Source: Dipteris shenzhenensis
Taxonomy: Eukaryota
Assembly (NCBI GenBank): GCA_047967505.1
Contig: CM106538.1
Length of the DNA stretch: 64,000 nt
Direction: 5' to 3' (one strand)
Shown: positions 1 to 14,010 of the stretch, one piece after another
How positions within the stretch are numbered: position 1 is the stretch's first letter
How the letters are laid out: every line of letters starts with the position of its first letter
The notes under the pieces: model-generated
What the model was told of the DNA's origin: nothing
What the model saw: only the letters and a program-made list of their open reading frames with translations
Databases searched by the model: none
Translations under genes and position numbers: made by a program

Positions 1-2189
1 CATGGACAATGAAGAAGATGATGATGACCTATCAAAGCTATCTTACATGACATGGACAATGAAGAAGATGATGATGGCCTGGTGGTTAAAAAGGACACCA
101 ACATTGAGAAAGAGGAACTAAAATACTGCTAAAAGAGATAAGAATACAAAGTGTTCCTGAAAAAAGGAGAATCATGGTGCCACCAGTGCATGGTGAATGG
201 TCATACAATGAATGTCCGTTGAGGTATTATTGCAACATACATAATCATTTAGGCCACACGATCGAAGAATGCTAATTTAGCAAACACAAGAGGACCGTAG
301 AGGTCCACCAAGTGGAAAGGGAGGAAAGAAATCCCTATCAAATAGATAGAACAAAGAACACCAACCCAACATCTTAGTTCTGCATGGCAATCAACATCAT
401 GGTAAGAGGCAATGCCAATTTTGGAAGCAACAACTAGACATGTTGAAAAGAGCATGTGACCAAAATGACCGTGAATAGCTACAAGAGTCATGTTAGTAGA
501 AGTGAAGGCAAAGGTGGTCACAAGTCATAAGAAACAAAGGACTAGATGAGTTTAAAGAAGCCAAACAAGCCAAGATGGCAAAGGAAATCATCCATGCACT
601 CAAGCAAAAAGGTCCCTTCATTGAGGTAAGGGAACCACCAAGCCCTCAAGCAATGGAAAAAGCATGAAAGCGCCAGAGTGCATCCAAGCAAGGATCAAAA
701 AAATAAAAAATCAAGGTGTGAAGATGAAATGTGAGGCATTGCTTGGATGCTTGGAGTAAAAATCAGCATAGCCTAGGATAAATTTTGGAAACTAGAGGTG
801 ATAATTTCCATCATGCAATTGCTACTACACAAAGTGCTAAAATCTCTCAATCAATGAATGACCTATAGCATTGCCATTGACCACAAGGGTGGAAGTGACC
901 AACATGAAGAAGTACCTATGATCAATCAAAATCATATGGTGAAAGGAGTCAGGTGTGAAGATGAAATGTGAGGCATTGCTTGGATGCTTGGAGTAAAAAT
1001 CAGCATAGCCTAGGATAAATTTTGGAAACTAGAGGTGATAATTTCCATCATGCAATTGCTACTACACAAAGTGCTAAAATCTCTCAATCAATGAATGACC
1101 TATAGCATTGCCATTGACCACAAGGGTGGAAGTGACCAACATGAAGAAGTACCTATGATCAATCAAAATCATATGGTGAAAGGAGTCCTCATTGATGGAG
1201 ACATTGGCATAATCATCATCTCCAAGGAGGCCCAAAAGTGGCTCAAGTTGAAAAACTTGAGGCCATCACTTTAAGATTTATATTACAAATCAGAGGTTGG
1301 TGATTCAAAAGGGTATGCCCAAAGATGTATGCATAAAGATCAATGGTGCATACTTCACAGTGATCATCATGGTAAAGATTAGTAATGACAAGGGATACCT
1401 TATATTGTTTGGAAGACCATGGTTGAAGGGATCAAAGGGGGTACATGATTGGGGAGGTGATATGCTCACCATCACAACCAACAAGAAAGAGGTGCAAATG
1501 CCAACATCAAGGAGCACCATTCGGAAGGAATGTAAGCTCGAGTGTTGAAAAGTGGACAGAACATATGCCATAGATGTAGAAGAAAAGTTACTCAAACTCA
1601 ATATTATGCCATAGCACCATGGATGCAATGAGAGCAGCAAAAAAAATGCAAGTGGATGATGAAGAGCCAAAGATGGTGGCCTTTCCTAGGGGATTCATAG
1701 AAGACAAAAAGTGATAGAGCGCAGTCCACCCGCAGTCCAAGAAAAGCTGGAATATCATATGAATTGTGGCCAAATTATTAAAGGAAATTTTATAAAGGAA
1801 ATCCATGTGGTTTTGCAAAAATAATTGAAGTTCATTTAGATCAACAAAAAACTCCCTATAAAATTCCTAAAGTGAGCTCAAGAACCCTTTCTAGAGTAAA
1901 AATATATGTTTGTATGGGAATACTCATACATGAAGGGGTTACCAGCAAATCAAAGCCGATTTAGACCTAAGGTAGCAAATGAACCCAACTATGTGAAGTT
2001 GAAGAAGGCCAACATAGATCAATTGCTAAGGGAAAGATATATCTATGAGTTAGAAAGAAGCAATTGCTTGTTTGTAATTATAATTGTGCCAAAAAAAATG
2101 GTGGGCTAAGAGTCGCGATGTAGAATACAAAAAGCTCAACAAATAGACAATCATGGACAACATTCTAGACAAAGTAGCAAGGCATGAGG
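1..2189 (+). mobile_element. Degenerate Ty3/gypsy retrotransposon, 5' part (gag Zn-knuckle remnant, protease, start of RT)
   Basis: CCHC-like WCHQCMVNGHT at ~175-210; protease-end motif LILFGRPWLK (ORF 1297-1548); RT start 'IIIVPKK'; RT 'LDKVA.HEV' interrupted at 2189 by the copia insertion; many stops and frameshifts. Confidence 0.8.
714..1187. repeat. Tandem duplication of a 237-bp unit (714-950, 951-1187)
   Basis: Both units run AGGTGTGAAGATGAAATG...ATATGGTGAAAGGAGTC; no differences found by eye. Confidence 0.95.
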
Positions 2190-5100
2190 TGTGAAGATAG
2201 TGGGAGAGAAGGAAGGAGTCTCACTTGCAGCTTTCTCACATACACAATGGGGGAATACACATAAAGGTGGAGGCTGAAAACAATTTTCCTCTTCTTAGTT
2301 GTGAAAGCCAAAAGAACTCTAATAAAAAGAAATAGGAGAACCCTATATGTGGGTCTCAAACCAAACTCAGCTAACTAAGGTGGCATACTAACTGAGCCAC
2401 GAACTAGAGTAGATAAGGATAGCTGTCATCCAGCTATTATTCATGGGCGGTGTACCAACCGCATCTACAGCTAACAAGTTGGTGACATAAATGCACAACG
2501 GTCACCCTGGCATATCATGAGTGGAGCTCGATATCTCAACACTCCCCCTCAAGCTCAATCCCAATTCCTACACACCAAGCAAGTCTTTGAACTTGCGCAA
2601 CTTCTCTGCGCCTAATGCCTTCACGAATATGTCACCTATTTGATCCTTTGTGCTGACATAAACTAGATCAATAAGACCTAGTAAAACCTTCTCCTGCACA
2701 TAATGATAATGCACCTCAATGTGCTTTGTTCTAGCATGATAGACTGGGTTATTTGCCAAGTGTATACTGCTCATGTTGTCACAATAAATGACAACTGGCC
2801 CATCTGTAGACTGATGCATATCATAAAGTAGCTTATGCAACCAAGCTACCTCACATGTAGCCATTGCTGCACCCCTATATTCGGCCTCTGTGCTCGACAA
2901 GGCAACTATAGGTTGTTTCTTGCTACTCCAAGTGACTGCAGCTCTCCCAAAAGAGAATACATATCCATTGGTAGATCATCTATCAGAAATACTACTAGCC
3001 CAATCAGCATCAGTGTATCCATGCAGCTGTATCTGAACCCTAGCCTCATAAAATAGTCCATACTACAATGTGGACTTCACATACTTGAGTATGCGTCTAG
3101 CTGCATCCAAATGCGGTTTCCTTGGAGCCTGCATAAATTGACTTACCAATCCAATAGCATAGCTCAAATCTGGCCTAGTAATAGTCATATAAATCAAACT
3201 TCCTACTATGCATCTGTACATAGTAGGGTCTTCTAGAAGCTCACCTGCATTTGCGCTCAGCTTCACATTCTGCTCCAAAAGAACTGAAATAGGCTTACAG
3301 CTTGTCATCCCATATGTAGACAGCATGTCCAATCCATACTGCCTCTGCAAGAGCCATATCCCACTTGGTGATCTAATCACCTCAATGCCCAAGAAATAAC
3401 ACAGCTCTCCCAAATTTTTCATCTCAAACTTCTGCTTCAATAGCATTTTCACATGAAGGATATCTTCATCACTATCACCTGTGATGATCAAATCATCAAC
3501 ATAAATGACAAGCAGCATAATACCTTTCTCTATTTTTCTCACATAAAGTGAGAAATCTACCTTGGAAATCTGAAAGCCAATAGTGACAAGATACTATCCT
3601 ATCTTGTCAGATCATGCTCTAGATGCTTGCTTCAAGCCACACAAGGCTTTCTTCAACTTGCAAACAAACTCAGGATGAATAGCATGAACATAACGTAGTG
3701 GCTGCTCCATAAAGTCCTCTTCTTGCAAATCACCATGCAAGAAGGCATTCTTTACATCCATCTGATGTAAAGACCATCCCTTTGATGCAGCCATAGCAAT
3801 GACTGCTCTTACAGTTGCCATCCTTGCAACCGGACTGAATGTTTCTTCATAATCAATGCCATATGTCTGTGCATACCCCTTGACAACTAATCTTGCCTTA
3901 TATCTATTCACAGAATCATCTGCGTTGTGCTTCACCTTATAAACCCACTTACAGCCAATTGCATTCTTGTCTTTAGGCAAAGGCACCAATTCCCATGTAG
4001 CATTTGCTTCCAAGGCATCCATTTCTTCATCCATGGCTTTCTCCCATTTTTCTTTCCCCATGACTTGCTCAAAAGAAGTGGGTTCTAGTTCTTGTATCAC
4101 TTTGACCATATAGGCATAGTGAATGGCTGTGAATTCATCATATTTCAGCCTATCCATAGGATACCTAGCTCTGGTAGACCTGCGCAAAATAGGCTCACTA
4201 CCAGGTGCTCTCAAAACATTCCTGGTCTTCCTTACTCCAGGTGTAACAACAGAAGGAATACCCAACTCATCATCAATGCTCTGTTCTGAGCGACTGGATT
4301 CACCATCCACATAAGAGTGACCTTCATTCACATCAAACATGGGCTGATCTACCTTCTCTTTTCCTTTTCATGATACCTGCATACCACTATTTGCATTGCT
4401 TTGAGGAGATTCTCCTGATCTCAATCTGCCTGTCCATGGCAAAGTATGTGAACCACTGGTAGAGGACACTGTAGGTCCACTAATATTTTGTGATTGCTGC
4501 TGTGAATTCTGTGCAGCATTACCATTTTGTGCATCTACATCATCAATCACATTTACTGGTTTATACCAGCTGCTCATCTCATCAAAAACAACATCTCTAC
4601 TCACTGTAAACTTACGAGTAGAAGGGTTATAGCATCTATACCCTTTCTGCTGCAGAGAATAACCAATAAAGATGCACTTCTCAGCTTTTGAATCCAACTT
4701 GGACCTCAACTCATCTAGCACATGAACATAGGCGATGCAACCAAAAATTTTCAAATGAGAAATATCTAGTTTCCTACCAGTATACATCTCCTCTAGCATC
4801 ATGCCATGTATTGCTGCAGTGGGAGTCCTGTTCATTATGCAAACTACTGTAGCAACTGCTTCAGCCCAATAATAATCTGGGAGGTCTTTTTCATTTAGCA
4901 TGGCCCGAAATACCTCTCCAATATGCCTGTTTTTCCTTTCTGCAAGTCCATTTTATGATTGCATGAATATTGCTGCTTTATGCCATGCTCCTGCAGGAAC
5001 CTTGCAAACTCATTTGAGAGGTACTCTCCCCCTCCATCTGACCTTAGGCATTTTATTTGTAGGCCTGTTTCTTTTTTAGCCATAGCTTTAAAGCTTTGAA

Positions 5101-7716
5101 ATGCCCAAACACTTCACTTTTCTTTTTCATAAAATGCACCCAAACTTTTCTGCTGTAGTCATCAATAAAAGTGACGAAATAATGACAACCTCCAATAGAT
5201 GCAGCTTTAGTAGTTCACACATCAGAGTGGATTAATTCCAATGGCTTCTTACTCTCTTGAACATGTCTAGGAAATGGTTTCCTTGCCTGTTTTCCAAATT
5301 GACAGGCTTCACATACCTTATGCATTTCTGCAACCTTGAATTTAGGCAATCCTGCAACAATATTTTGGGCCTGCATTGATTTAAGTCGTTGTACATTAAC
5401 ATGACCAATGCGTTTATGCTAGATATCAATATCTGCAACTACACTGGTCCCATGTGCAAACATTGCTGCACTCAATTCAGGCATGTCCACATCCAACGTA
5501 AACATCTTGCCCTTCTTCTTTCCTTTTACTATCAAGCGACCATTATTTTTCATATCTTCAACAAAGCATCCATGAGGATTAAATCTGACCTACAAGCCTT
5601 GCTCAACCATTTGACCAATAGAAACCAGGTTCTTGGTGATATTCGGGACACGAAATACATCAGACAAGTATTTCTTTTTCCCATCCTGCATAGACAAAGG
5701 AATTTTACCAATTTGCACAATAGGATGTGTAGTATCATCACCAGTCTCCACAAATCTTGGTCTATCCATTTTCCTTGCATCATGCATCCATTCTACATGA
5801 CCTGTCATGTGGTTTGACGCACTTGAGTCAACATACCACACATCATTTCTTTCTTCTGCACTTGTCATAGAATTGGTCATGTGCTGCACCATAAATAGAT
5901 GCTCATTTCTGTCATCACCCTGTCTACTAGAAGATGCATAATTGCCTTGCTACAATTTTCCATTCATAATGTCATTCTGCTTTTTGTAGCAGTCTTTAGC
6001 CATATGACCCATTTTACCACAATAGTAGCATTCAACATTGCTGTTTGCATTTTGTCCTCTCTGCCATCCACCACAACCTCTTTGGCTCCCCCTGCCTCTA
6101 GAGTTACCACGTCCTCCTCCAAAGGACTGGTTTTGTTGAGTTTGCTGCATATTCTGATTTCTACCATGGCCTCCTCTACCTCTACCTCTACCTCTACCTC
6201 TTCTAGCATTTGAGTAGAAGACAGTTTCTTTTGAAGCTCCTCCTGAAGAAGATGCACCACCATTTCTCTACTCTTCAGAAATTAGAAGAGCAAACAACTC
6301 CTCAAAATCAGGAAATTTTTCACGGACGGCAATGGATGTCCGGAACTGTGCATAATCCTTTCCTAGACCATTCAAGGTCACAGAAACTAGATCATCATCT
6401 TCCACTGGCGACCTAATGGAAGCAAGTGCATCTGCAATTTTCTTCACCTTCATGTGGTAGTCATTGATGCTCATATTTTCTCTCTGTACATTGTGTAACT
6501 CCTGCTTGAGCTACATTTTCCTGGCTTGCGTATTTGTGCTGTACATTTTTGCCAAAGTATCCCATGCCTCCTTTGGCATACTTGCATCCTGAATATGCAC
6601 AATCATAGAATCTGAAATACTGATAGACAGCCAGTACATAACTTTTCTGGCTCTCTCATGCCATCCTTTAAATGCCTGCATTTCCTATTGATTGGGAACA
6701 TTCGGAAGAACTGTTTCTTCTTCATTTCCTGTAATGAACTCCCAATAGCCTTTTCCCATAAGGAAATTCATCATTCTGAACTTCCATGCCTGGAAGTTGT
6801 TCTTGTCAAGCTTTTCAGTGACCCCGGGTCAGTGACAATCTGTGAAAGAGAATCAGACGCCATTACAGAACACTGCAAAATATTCTGTCGCTGCAAAAAA
6901 CACAGCTTCTGCCTCACACGGGCAAATCTGCAAAACTAACGAAAGTGGTATTTGACCACACAGTCACTTCCTAGTGACGATTTTGCATCAACAGGCAATA
7001 AGGATGATTCTGTAACTCCCATTATCTCTGTAAACAGGCATACGATGCAATTTCTGCGGTAACTTTTTACCGACTTGCAGAACAATGGTCAAACAGCAAA
7101 AACAGGGCCTTTTTCTCAGTGCTTGTGGAGAACTTCTGCCTCCAAAACGGGCCCCAAAATGGCCGTAGCATATATTGCCCTCTTGCCACACCGCGAAGGG
7201 TGTCTCAATCTGAGACAATGCACTCTTGCACTTTTCGACTGTGCTACCTGCAGAGATTTGCTCCCAAACTCAAAAAAGGAAAGCAACACTGGTCCTCTTA
7301 CTAGGACACCGCGAACTTGGTTTGCTTTCTTGAGCTCCTTACCACGAACCAGGCTCTGATACCATGTGAAGATAGTGGGAGAGAAGGAAGGAGTCTCACT
7401 TGCAGCTTTCTCACATACACAATGGGGGAATACACACAAAGGTGGAGGCTAAAAACAATTTTCCTCTTCTTAGTTGTGAAAGCCAAAAGAACTCTAGTAC
7501 AAAGAAATAGGAGAACCCTATATGTGTGTCTCAAACCAAACTCAGCTAACTAAGGTGGCATACTAACTGAGCCACGAACTAGAGTAGATAAGGATAGCTA
7601 TCATCCAGCTATTATTCATGGGCGGTGTACCAACCGCATCTGTAGCTAACAAGTCGGTGACATAAATGCACAACGGTCACGCTGGCATATCACGAGTGGA
7701 GCTCAAGATCTCAACA
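2190..7716 (-). mobile_element. Full-length Ty1/copia LTR retrotransposon (copy A), ORF-disrupted
   Basis: 352-bp LTRs at 2190-2541 and 7365-7716 (TG...CA, about 13 mismatches by eye); perfect TSD TGAGG at 2185-2189 and 7717-7721; PBS TGGTATCAGAGCC (tRNA-iMet type) at 7352-7364; PPT GAGGGGGAG at 2542-2550. Confidence 0.97.
2568..6863 (-). pseudogene. Copia gag-pol (UBN2 gag, CCHC, protease, integrase, RT, RNase H) broken by stops and frameshifts
   Basis: [82 protein letters not shown]; copia order PR-IN-RT-RH. Confidence 0.93.
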
Positions 7717-9420
7717 TGAGGTGCATTCTCATTCATGGATAAATTCAATGGGTACAACCAAATCATACTCACTTAAGAGGACCAACAAAAGACTTCATTC
7801 ATCACTGAATGTACCAAGCAAGTAATGCCATTTGAGCCAAATAATGGACCAACATGGGATCTAAAGAATGGAGCAACCATGTTCCAATGCTTTATGGTGG
7901 AAACCTTCTAGAAATACATAAAAGAATGCCTATCAATTTCCTAGATGATTTTTCTATTTACAACATGAAGCAAACACACATGGAATGCCTATGGAAGGTG
8001 TTCTATAAATGTTGGGAGACCTAAGTCTCCATCAACCCATTTAGGTGTGTGTTTTATATGATATCAAGTGTCTTGCTAGAGCAAAACAAGAGATCATGAC
8101 AAAAATCAATGCCATTCAAAAAATGATAGAACCAAGCAACGTCAAGAAAGTTTGGTCATCCATAGGCATTTCATCAAGAAATTCATTGTCATAGCCAAAC
8201 CCCTACATCGAGAAATCCAATGGAGCACTATTCACTATGTCAATATATGAGGAGAAGCATGAAGAGATCATGTAGTAGCTCTCCATAGCCACCTTCCTCA
8301 AAGATGCATCCATAGATCGAGGATGGAGGATTACATTCAAATCCTATAAATGCAGCCCATCAAGGAATGATAGATGGACACATTTGCATTAACATCACAA
8401 CAAGATTTTGTATTTATTCCTTTTTTTTTTGGCAAAAGAAAAAACAAGGAAATTTTTGAGTGCAAGATTATGGTGGAGTACCATACATACAAACGTCAAG
8501 GCATTGCAAGAAGTGTGATGGATGCCAATGGGTGGGAAGGCCTAATTTTCAAGAACAAATTCCATTGAAACCTACCTACCCATGATAATCTTTCTAGAAA
8601 TGGAGATTTGATTCTTTGGCTGATTCAAAATCCTAATACATTTGGGCGGCAACAAGTACATAGTGGTGGCAACTAGTTTTATCATCAAATGAGCCAAAGC
8701 AAAAGCCTTGCGAGACAACACAACAAGAAGCACAACAAGGTTTCTATACGAAAATATCATGTACAAATTCGGATGCCCTATCGAAATCAAATTAGAATAA
8801 GGGGCCCACTTCATCGATTTGGTAATTGAAATTCTGACAAAGGAACTCTTGATCCAACACAAGACAGTGACAACATACTACCAAGGGTGAATGCTCAAGC
8901 TAAATCCATGAATAAGGTGTTCAAAATGATTCTTTAAAAAACTATGAATGAATAATGAAATCATTACCACCACGAGCTCAGATGGAACTTTGAGCCTATT
9001 TATGAGGATTCTACAAGCATGCAAGGCCCCAACAAAGTAGAATCCATTCCAATCTGGTTGTCGGTCTACAGGCAATGATACCAATGGAATTTCTTTTGTC
9101 AAGACTAAGGGCTGAGGGCTGAGGGCTGAGGGCAACAAACCTAGTCATGAAGCAAAATCTAGAGGAGGAGAAAGGCATGGCATTATTGCCATATTAAGAA
9201 AAAAGCACTGAGACAAGGCATGCTCATGCTATTGTATAGCGCTCCACTGGGAGCAAGGAAGCACAAAGGAGCTTTTGTATGTGCCAAACCGTAACAAATC
9301 AAAAAGTGTTTTGATGATGGGACCATCACTTTAAAGGACCTAAAAGGGGACAAATTGGTAAAATGAATCAATGGAATGAATATTAAGGAGTTTTTCCATA
9401 AGCACAATTGTTTCATAGCA
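7717..9420 (+). mobile_element. Degenerate Ty3/gypsy retrotransposon, 3' part (RT continuation and integrase)
   Basis: Resumes after the TSD with FMDKFNGYNQI, then MPF and FLDDF-like motifs; integrase-like KYIVVATSF..FLYENIMYKFGCP..YYPRVN at ~8655-8930; right boundary approximate. Confidence 0.8.
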
Positions 9421-11289
9421 AACATGATGAGCCATCGAATGGACCGCAAGTTTCCAAGGGGCTGTCACACATCAAACTAGGAATAACATCATAATTAAGA
9501 AAAATTATAATTGGAGGAACTGCCAAATTGGGCCATGGATTTCCAAAAGTATGTTGCATTAAATGGGCACAATGACACAAAATAGGGAATCTCGTGATGA
9601 TGATGAAGAATAAGGTAGGGAGCAACAATCAATAGGTAGATGTGGAAAGAAACCCTAAGCTCATCACTACTCAAGCTTCCCAAAATCTTGGGCCCTCTTT
9701 TTCTCTTTCAACCACTCTTTATGCCCACAAGCTCTATCGCTTCCTTTGTGCCCAAGCGTATCACCACAGAAATCTCCCAAAAACTTGCAACCCTGAAAGA
9801 ATAAATGAAAAACATCCCTCCCAAACGAAAGGGATCTATGAAGACCACATTACTAATAGTGAAGAAAGAGAAGGTCAAAAAGCCAAAGAGAATCAGCATC
9901 TAGCTACCACCAAAATGAAGTTGGCCATAGGCAGCACTAGTAGTGGTAAGCAAACAATAAAAAGAGAAAGTAACACACAATAATTCAACAAGTTGGAAGC
10001 TTGAGGCATGGCCATTCATAATTGGGATGCCCACAACACTTGGAGCTCACATGATAAAATAGTAGCTCAACCTTGTTCTCCCTCATATCATGGAGGGATC
10101 AAGAGAGCTTGACAATAGAGATAAGTCACTATGTAAGCCATTTAGGGATAATCTATAGAATAAGGAATCACCTTGGCATAAAGCGTGAGGCATTAACTTG
10201 AAAAAAAAATGCCAAGTAACCACCTCATAGTGCAGAAGCATAGTTTCTAAACTTATACTAGTATACACAGCATTATTGCTCTTAGTTTTGACCAAGGCAA
10301 GTTGGTAGAAGAAAGAAATGCCTATGCAATTTCTAGCTAATGCATGCTTAGGGAAGGAATCCTTCCGACCATTTGGAATATAGATAAAGGCTTCAAAGAC
10401 TCACCTAGCCAATTGATGTCATTATTTCCAAGGTGTTGAGTTCGTATTGGAATCTAAGGCACTTAAAGGGCTTCAAGTTTCACGCAATTTAGCCCAAATA
10501 GCATTACTATGTGAAGGTCTTACGAATTGGTGACCATGGAAGGAGGCCACCCTTCTCATAGATTTTGTGGTATGTGCCAAAAATTGCCCATATCTTTGTC
10601 CTTGCATGCCATATGGGCTATTGGAATCCTCTCTAAGTGTAAGGTATTCTCATATATAGTGGAGGGATGTGAAGGCCTATGTAAAAGCCTCTAGCACTAC
10701 AAGGGTATTCATCTTCCTATCTTTGTAATCTAATATAATTCCCTTATCATTCAAGGTATGGAGTATTCAGCGAGCTATATTTGGCATATAGTATAACTCC
10801 CAAGGTATAGGGGATACCATACAATAACTACTCAACTAAATGGTATGGGCATGTTTCTAAAAGCATCATTTCCTTAATAGGGATATCTCCAAACTTCTCA
10901 AGCCAAATCAAATGGTTTGGGTAAAATATTAAGGTTAAATGAAAGAACTTAACAATAATCATAATACAAGGCCTAAACTTGTCCTGCCAAATCAAGTTAG
11001 GCAAAAATTAAGGACATCAAATGAAATGCACTCAATTATAATAAGAACGGTAGTAATTCCTCCTTTTTTAAAGAGGGGAATAAAATTGTTGACTAGTGGA
11101 TTAGGCAAAAAACAAAGATCAAATGAGAAAACTTAATAATAATAGTAATTCCTCGCTTTTCATTCAATAAAGGAAATTAAAGATGTTAACCAATGAGTGT
11201 CAAATGGGTAGTCTCTAGGCATCTATTTCCATTTTCCAAGATTTACATGTTTCGTAAAAGCATAAGTATTAAAAAGCTACACACGTGCG

Positions 11290-11334
11290 CACACACACAC
11301 ACATATACATGTATATATGTATATATACACAAAG

Positions 11335-11391
<57 letters not shown>

Positions 11392-11460
11392 GTACATAAA
11401 CATATGTGTACATACATATTTGTGTTTGTGCATACATGTACATGTATATCTTTATATAGG
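11290..11460. repeat. Compound (CA)n/(TA)n/(GA)n microsatellite
   Basis: Direct reading; long GA run at ~11339-11386. Confidence 0.95.
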
Positions 11461-11899
11461 GACATACATTTTCTTGTGTTTGTAAGTGGTGGTTTAAATA
11501 TTAGTTACCTTGATTTTACATATAGCTCCATTGCATTTGACACAATAGATTGCTTGGCTTTGCATTAGAGAACTACATTTTGCATTTCGCTCAGGAGAAA
11601 GAATTGATGCAGAGATGGTAGAAAAAGTAATTTGTTATAGAATGTATTGCATTGCATTTACAAGAAAACATTGTAGCACAAATGCTATTAACGGTAAGCA
11701 GAAAAGAAGCATAACAAAGAGAGCATACCAGATGTCATGCTCATTTGTTGCCATGCGACTTGGTCACATAAGCTTGGACCTAGCCAATCAAAGGGCCAAC
11801 GAATGGCTCTTTTGCATCCTCCTGGTACAATTGCAATGCGCACTCTTTCTCATTATCTCTACTAGCATATTAATTATGATGGCCACATTGTGTAATATG

Positions 11900-12804
11900 T
11901 AGCAAGTTATGATGATTCATGAAGCTTGTATGTGTCTGGTTCCACACACAATTGAAGAGAGTCATCCAAATGTTCTTCAACCTTATGAACGCGTATTCAA
12001 AATTCCTATCCTTCGGGTGTGTCAGTGATATGTGGATATATACACATACATATCTGGATAGTATTTTACTTTATTTCCGTGTAGATATATTAGTTGCTTA
12101 CATATACCAAGGGTCACCACTTGCTGGGTGCATCTCTTCATATCTGCGCATGAAAGACGTATTGGTGTATGTAGAAATACGATGTAGTAGAGAGATTGTT
12201 TGATAAGAACGATAGTACAATAACCGAAGAATAGACATAATAGTGTATAATAAAAATTTTGTATCACCAAATAAGATACAACTGATGGTGCTGTCCACCC
12301 ATGCACTCTCTACTAGAGCTTCAATGGCAATCTAGACAGACTTTAGATGGAGAAGGACATGAGGTAGGGGTATTGGCATTCATTGTTGAGGCTTGAGAAG
12401 TGGCCTCCTTATATAGCCCTTCATAGTAGACCGATTCCACCACATTGGAGGGCTGGTGGTGGCACATGCATATTGACTTAGCACATTGCGTGACTAAGTG
12501 AGGACGGTGGCACATGTTTGCTTGAATTTTGCCATCGGCCAAAGACCATAGACCACACGTGTGTAAGCAAATTCACATGCGAATGCTCGCGCACATGCAA
12601 GGGAGGGCACACTGTCGTGGGGGCCTAGACCTCACCGTAGGGGGTGTTGCCCCTAGACTCCCATCGAGAGCGTTACCCTCATGCCCCCGCTAGTGGGGGC
12701 ATTGCCCCTAGACCCCCAAGATTGGGGGGTTGCCTTGAACCCTCGAAGAGTACGGTGTTCCTTCTACCATCTCCTAACCATCAAACGGTCACCATGAGAC
12801 CACA
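11900..12804 (-). mobile_element. Probable LTR-like remnant
   Basis: Minus-strand start TGTGGTCTC at 12804, GC-rich 'gcccctagacccc' subrepeats at 12620-12745, TATA-like GCTATATAAGG; no TSD found; left boundary uncertain. Confidence 0.35.
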
Positions 12805-13689
12805 TCTAGTGTTAAAAATAGGATCCTACCAATGTCCAGTGCTCAGACCATGGCTTCTCCTCATAATGGGGGCCTTACAAAAGGGCACTATGGAACATTG
12901 GTGGTTACATATGAGAGATGGGCATTGCACATATACCAACAATGAAAGATGTATGATAGTTGTTGTTGTTGTAAGCAATTATCAGAGCATATTCTATTGA
13001 ATGATGATGATGTCTATTCCCTCGAATATTTCTGCTCAAGTATTCCTTATTCTGTTCTTGATAAAATTTTTATCTCATTTTTTGGGAAAATTATATCCTC
13101 TCTCTATTGCAATTCATGTGATGCCCTTACATTTTTAAAAAGATGAAAAAGTCCATCGGCTCAAACCCTTACACTATAAAAAAGATAGGGGTGCACAAGA
13201 TTGGCTCCTTTACCCTAGTTCACAGGCTGGATAATCCCCTTGCTCATGGGGCTTCAAAACCTGAGTGCTAACATTGGGAAATCCTTCGAAAATAAGCCCA
13301 ATAAGGGGGCCCTGTTTGAAAAAATACCATTAATTAGTTTGAGAGGGGTGAAAAGGAAGTGATCGTAACCTAATGTACAATAGAAAATTAACGATCTTTC
13401 TAGATGGAGGTTTAAGCTCCTTTAAGAATCTCAATGTGCCTTCGTCTCCAGCACTTCCGGCTCTGCATATCCATTTTCCACCTCAGCACTGTTGTACCCT
13501 TCACTGTCTCTACACTCGCTGCTTGATTCCACCTACTACAGCTTGCACTTGAGGGCACCATCTAGGGTGAGAGGGCTTCGGGAATGGGGGAGGTGTTGCG
13601 ACCTGCTCGAGACCTTTGCATAGGTAGTAGGTGCCTTGCATAGCCGCTCCTTAGTTTGGAGAGGGAGATTCCACAATATTTGATTGTGG

Positions 13690-14010
13690 GAATGGAGATC
13701 GTTGTGGGATAGATGGGATTGCGCAGTAACGGTGAGTTTTGGATGCAATGAGGAGCCTGGAATTGCTGCTGCGATTGGAGGAGCAGCAAGGGGAAAAGCC
13801 ACGAGGAGGGGAGGGCAAGGTTTCGTGGCCACCACAAATGCATGTTTTGTCGCACGTAGCATGGGCAGGTTTTTGAAGCACTATGGGTGGAATTCAACGA
13901 TGGATGGGGTGGCGAACGGGGTGCCGATGCTGTGTTGGCCAAGGAGTAGGGATCAGGTACTGGATTGCAAGTTTGTGGTGGAGGAATGGACGAAGGGGAG
14001 GACGGGGTGG
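13690..14010 (+). pseudogene. UDP-glycosyltransferase (GT1 family) C-terminal fragment with PSPG box, frameshifted
   Basis: VTVSFG, then VSWPPQMHVLSH / (frameshift) SMGRFLKHYGWNSTMDGVANGVPMLCWPRSRDQ..KFVVEEW, matching the PSPG consensus W.PQ..VL.H....FLTHCGWNS..E....GVPM..WP...DQ. Confidence 0.9.

Noticed and set aside
11193-11568. ORFs with RERERE/LSLSLS runs (also the THTH/VCVC ORFs near 44729-44914)
   Set aside because: Translations of microsatellites
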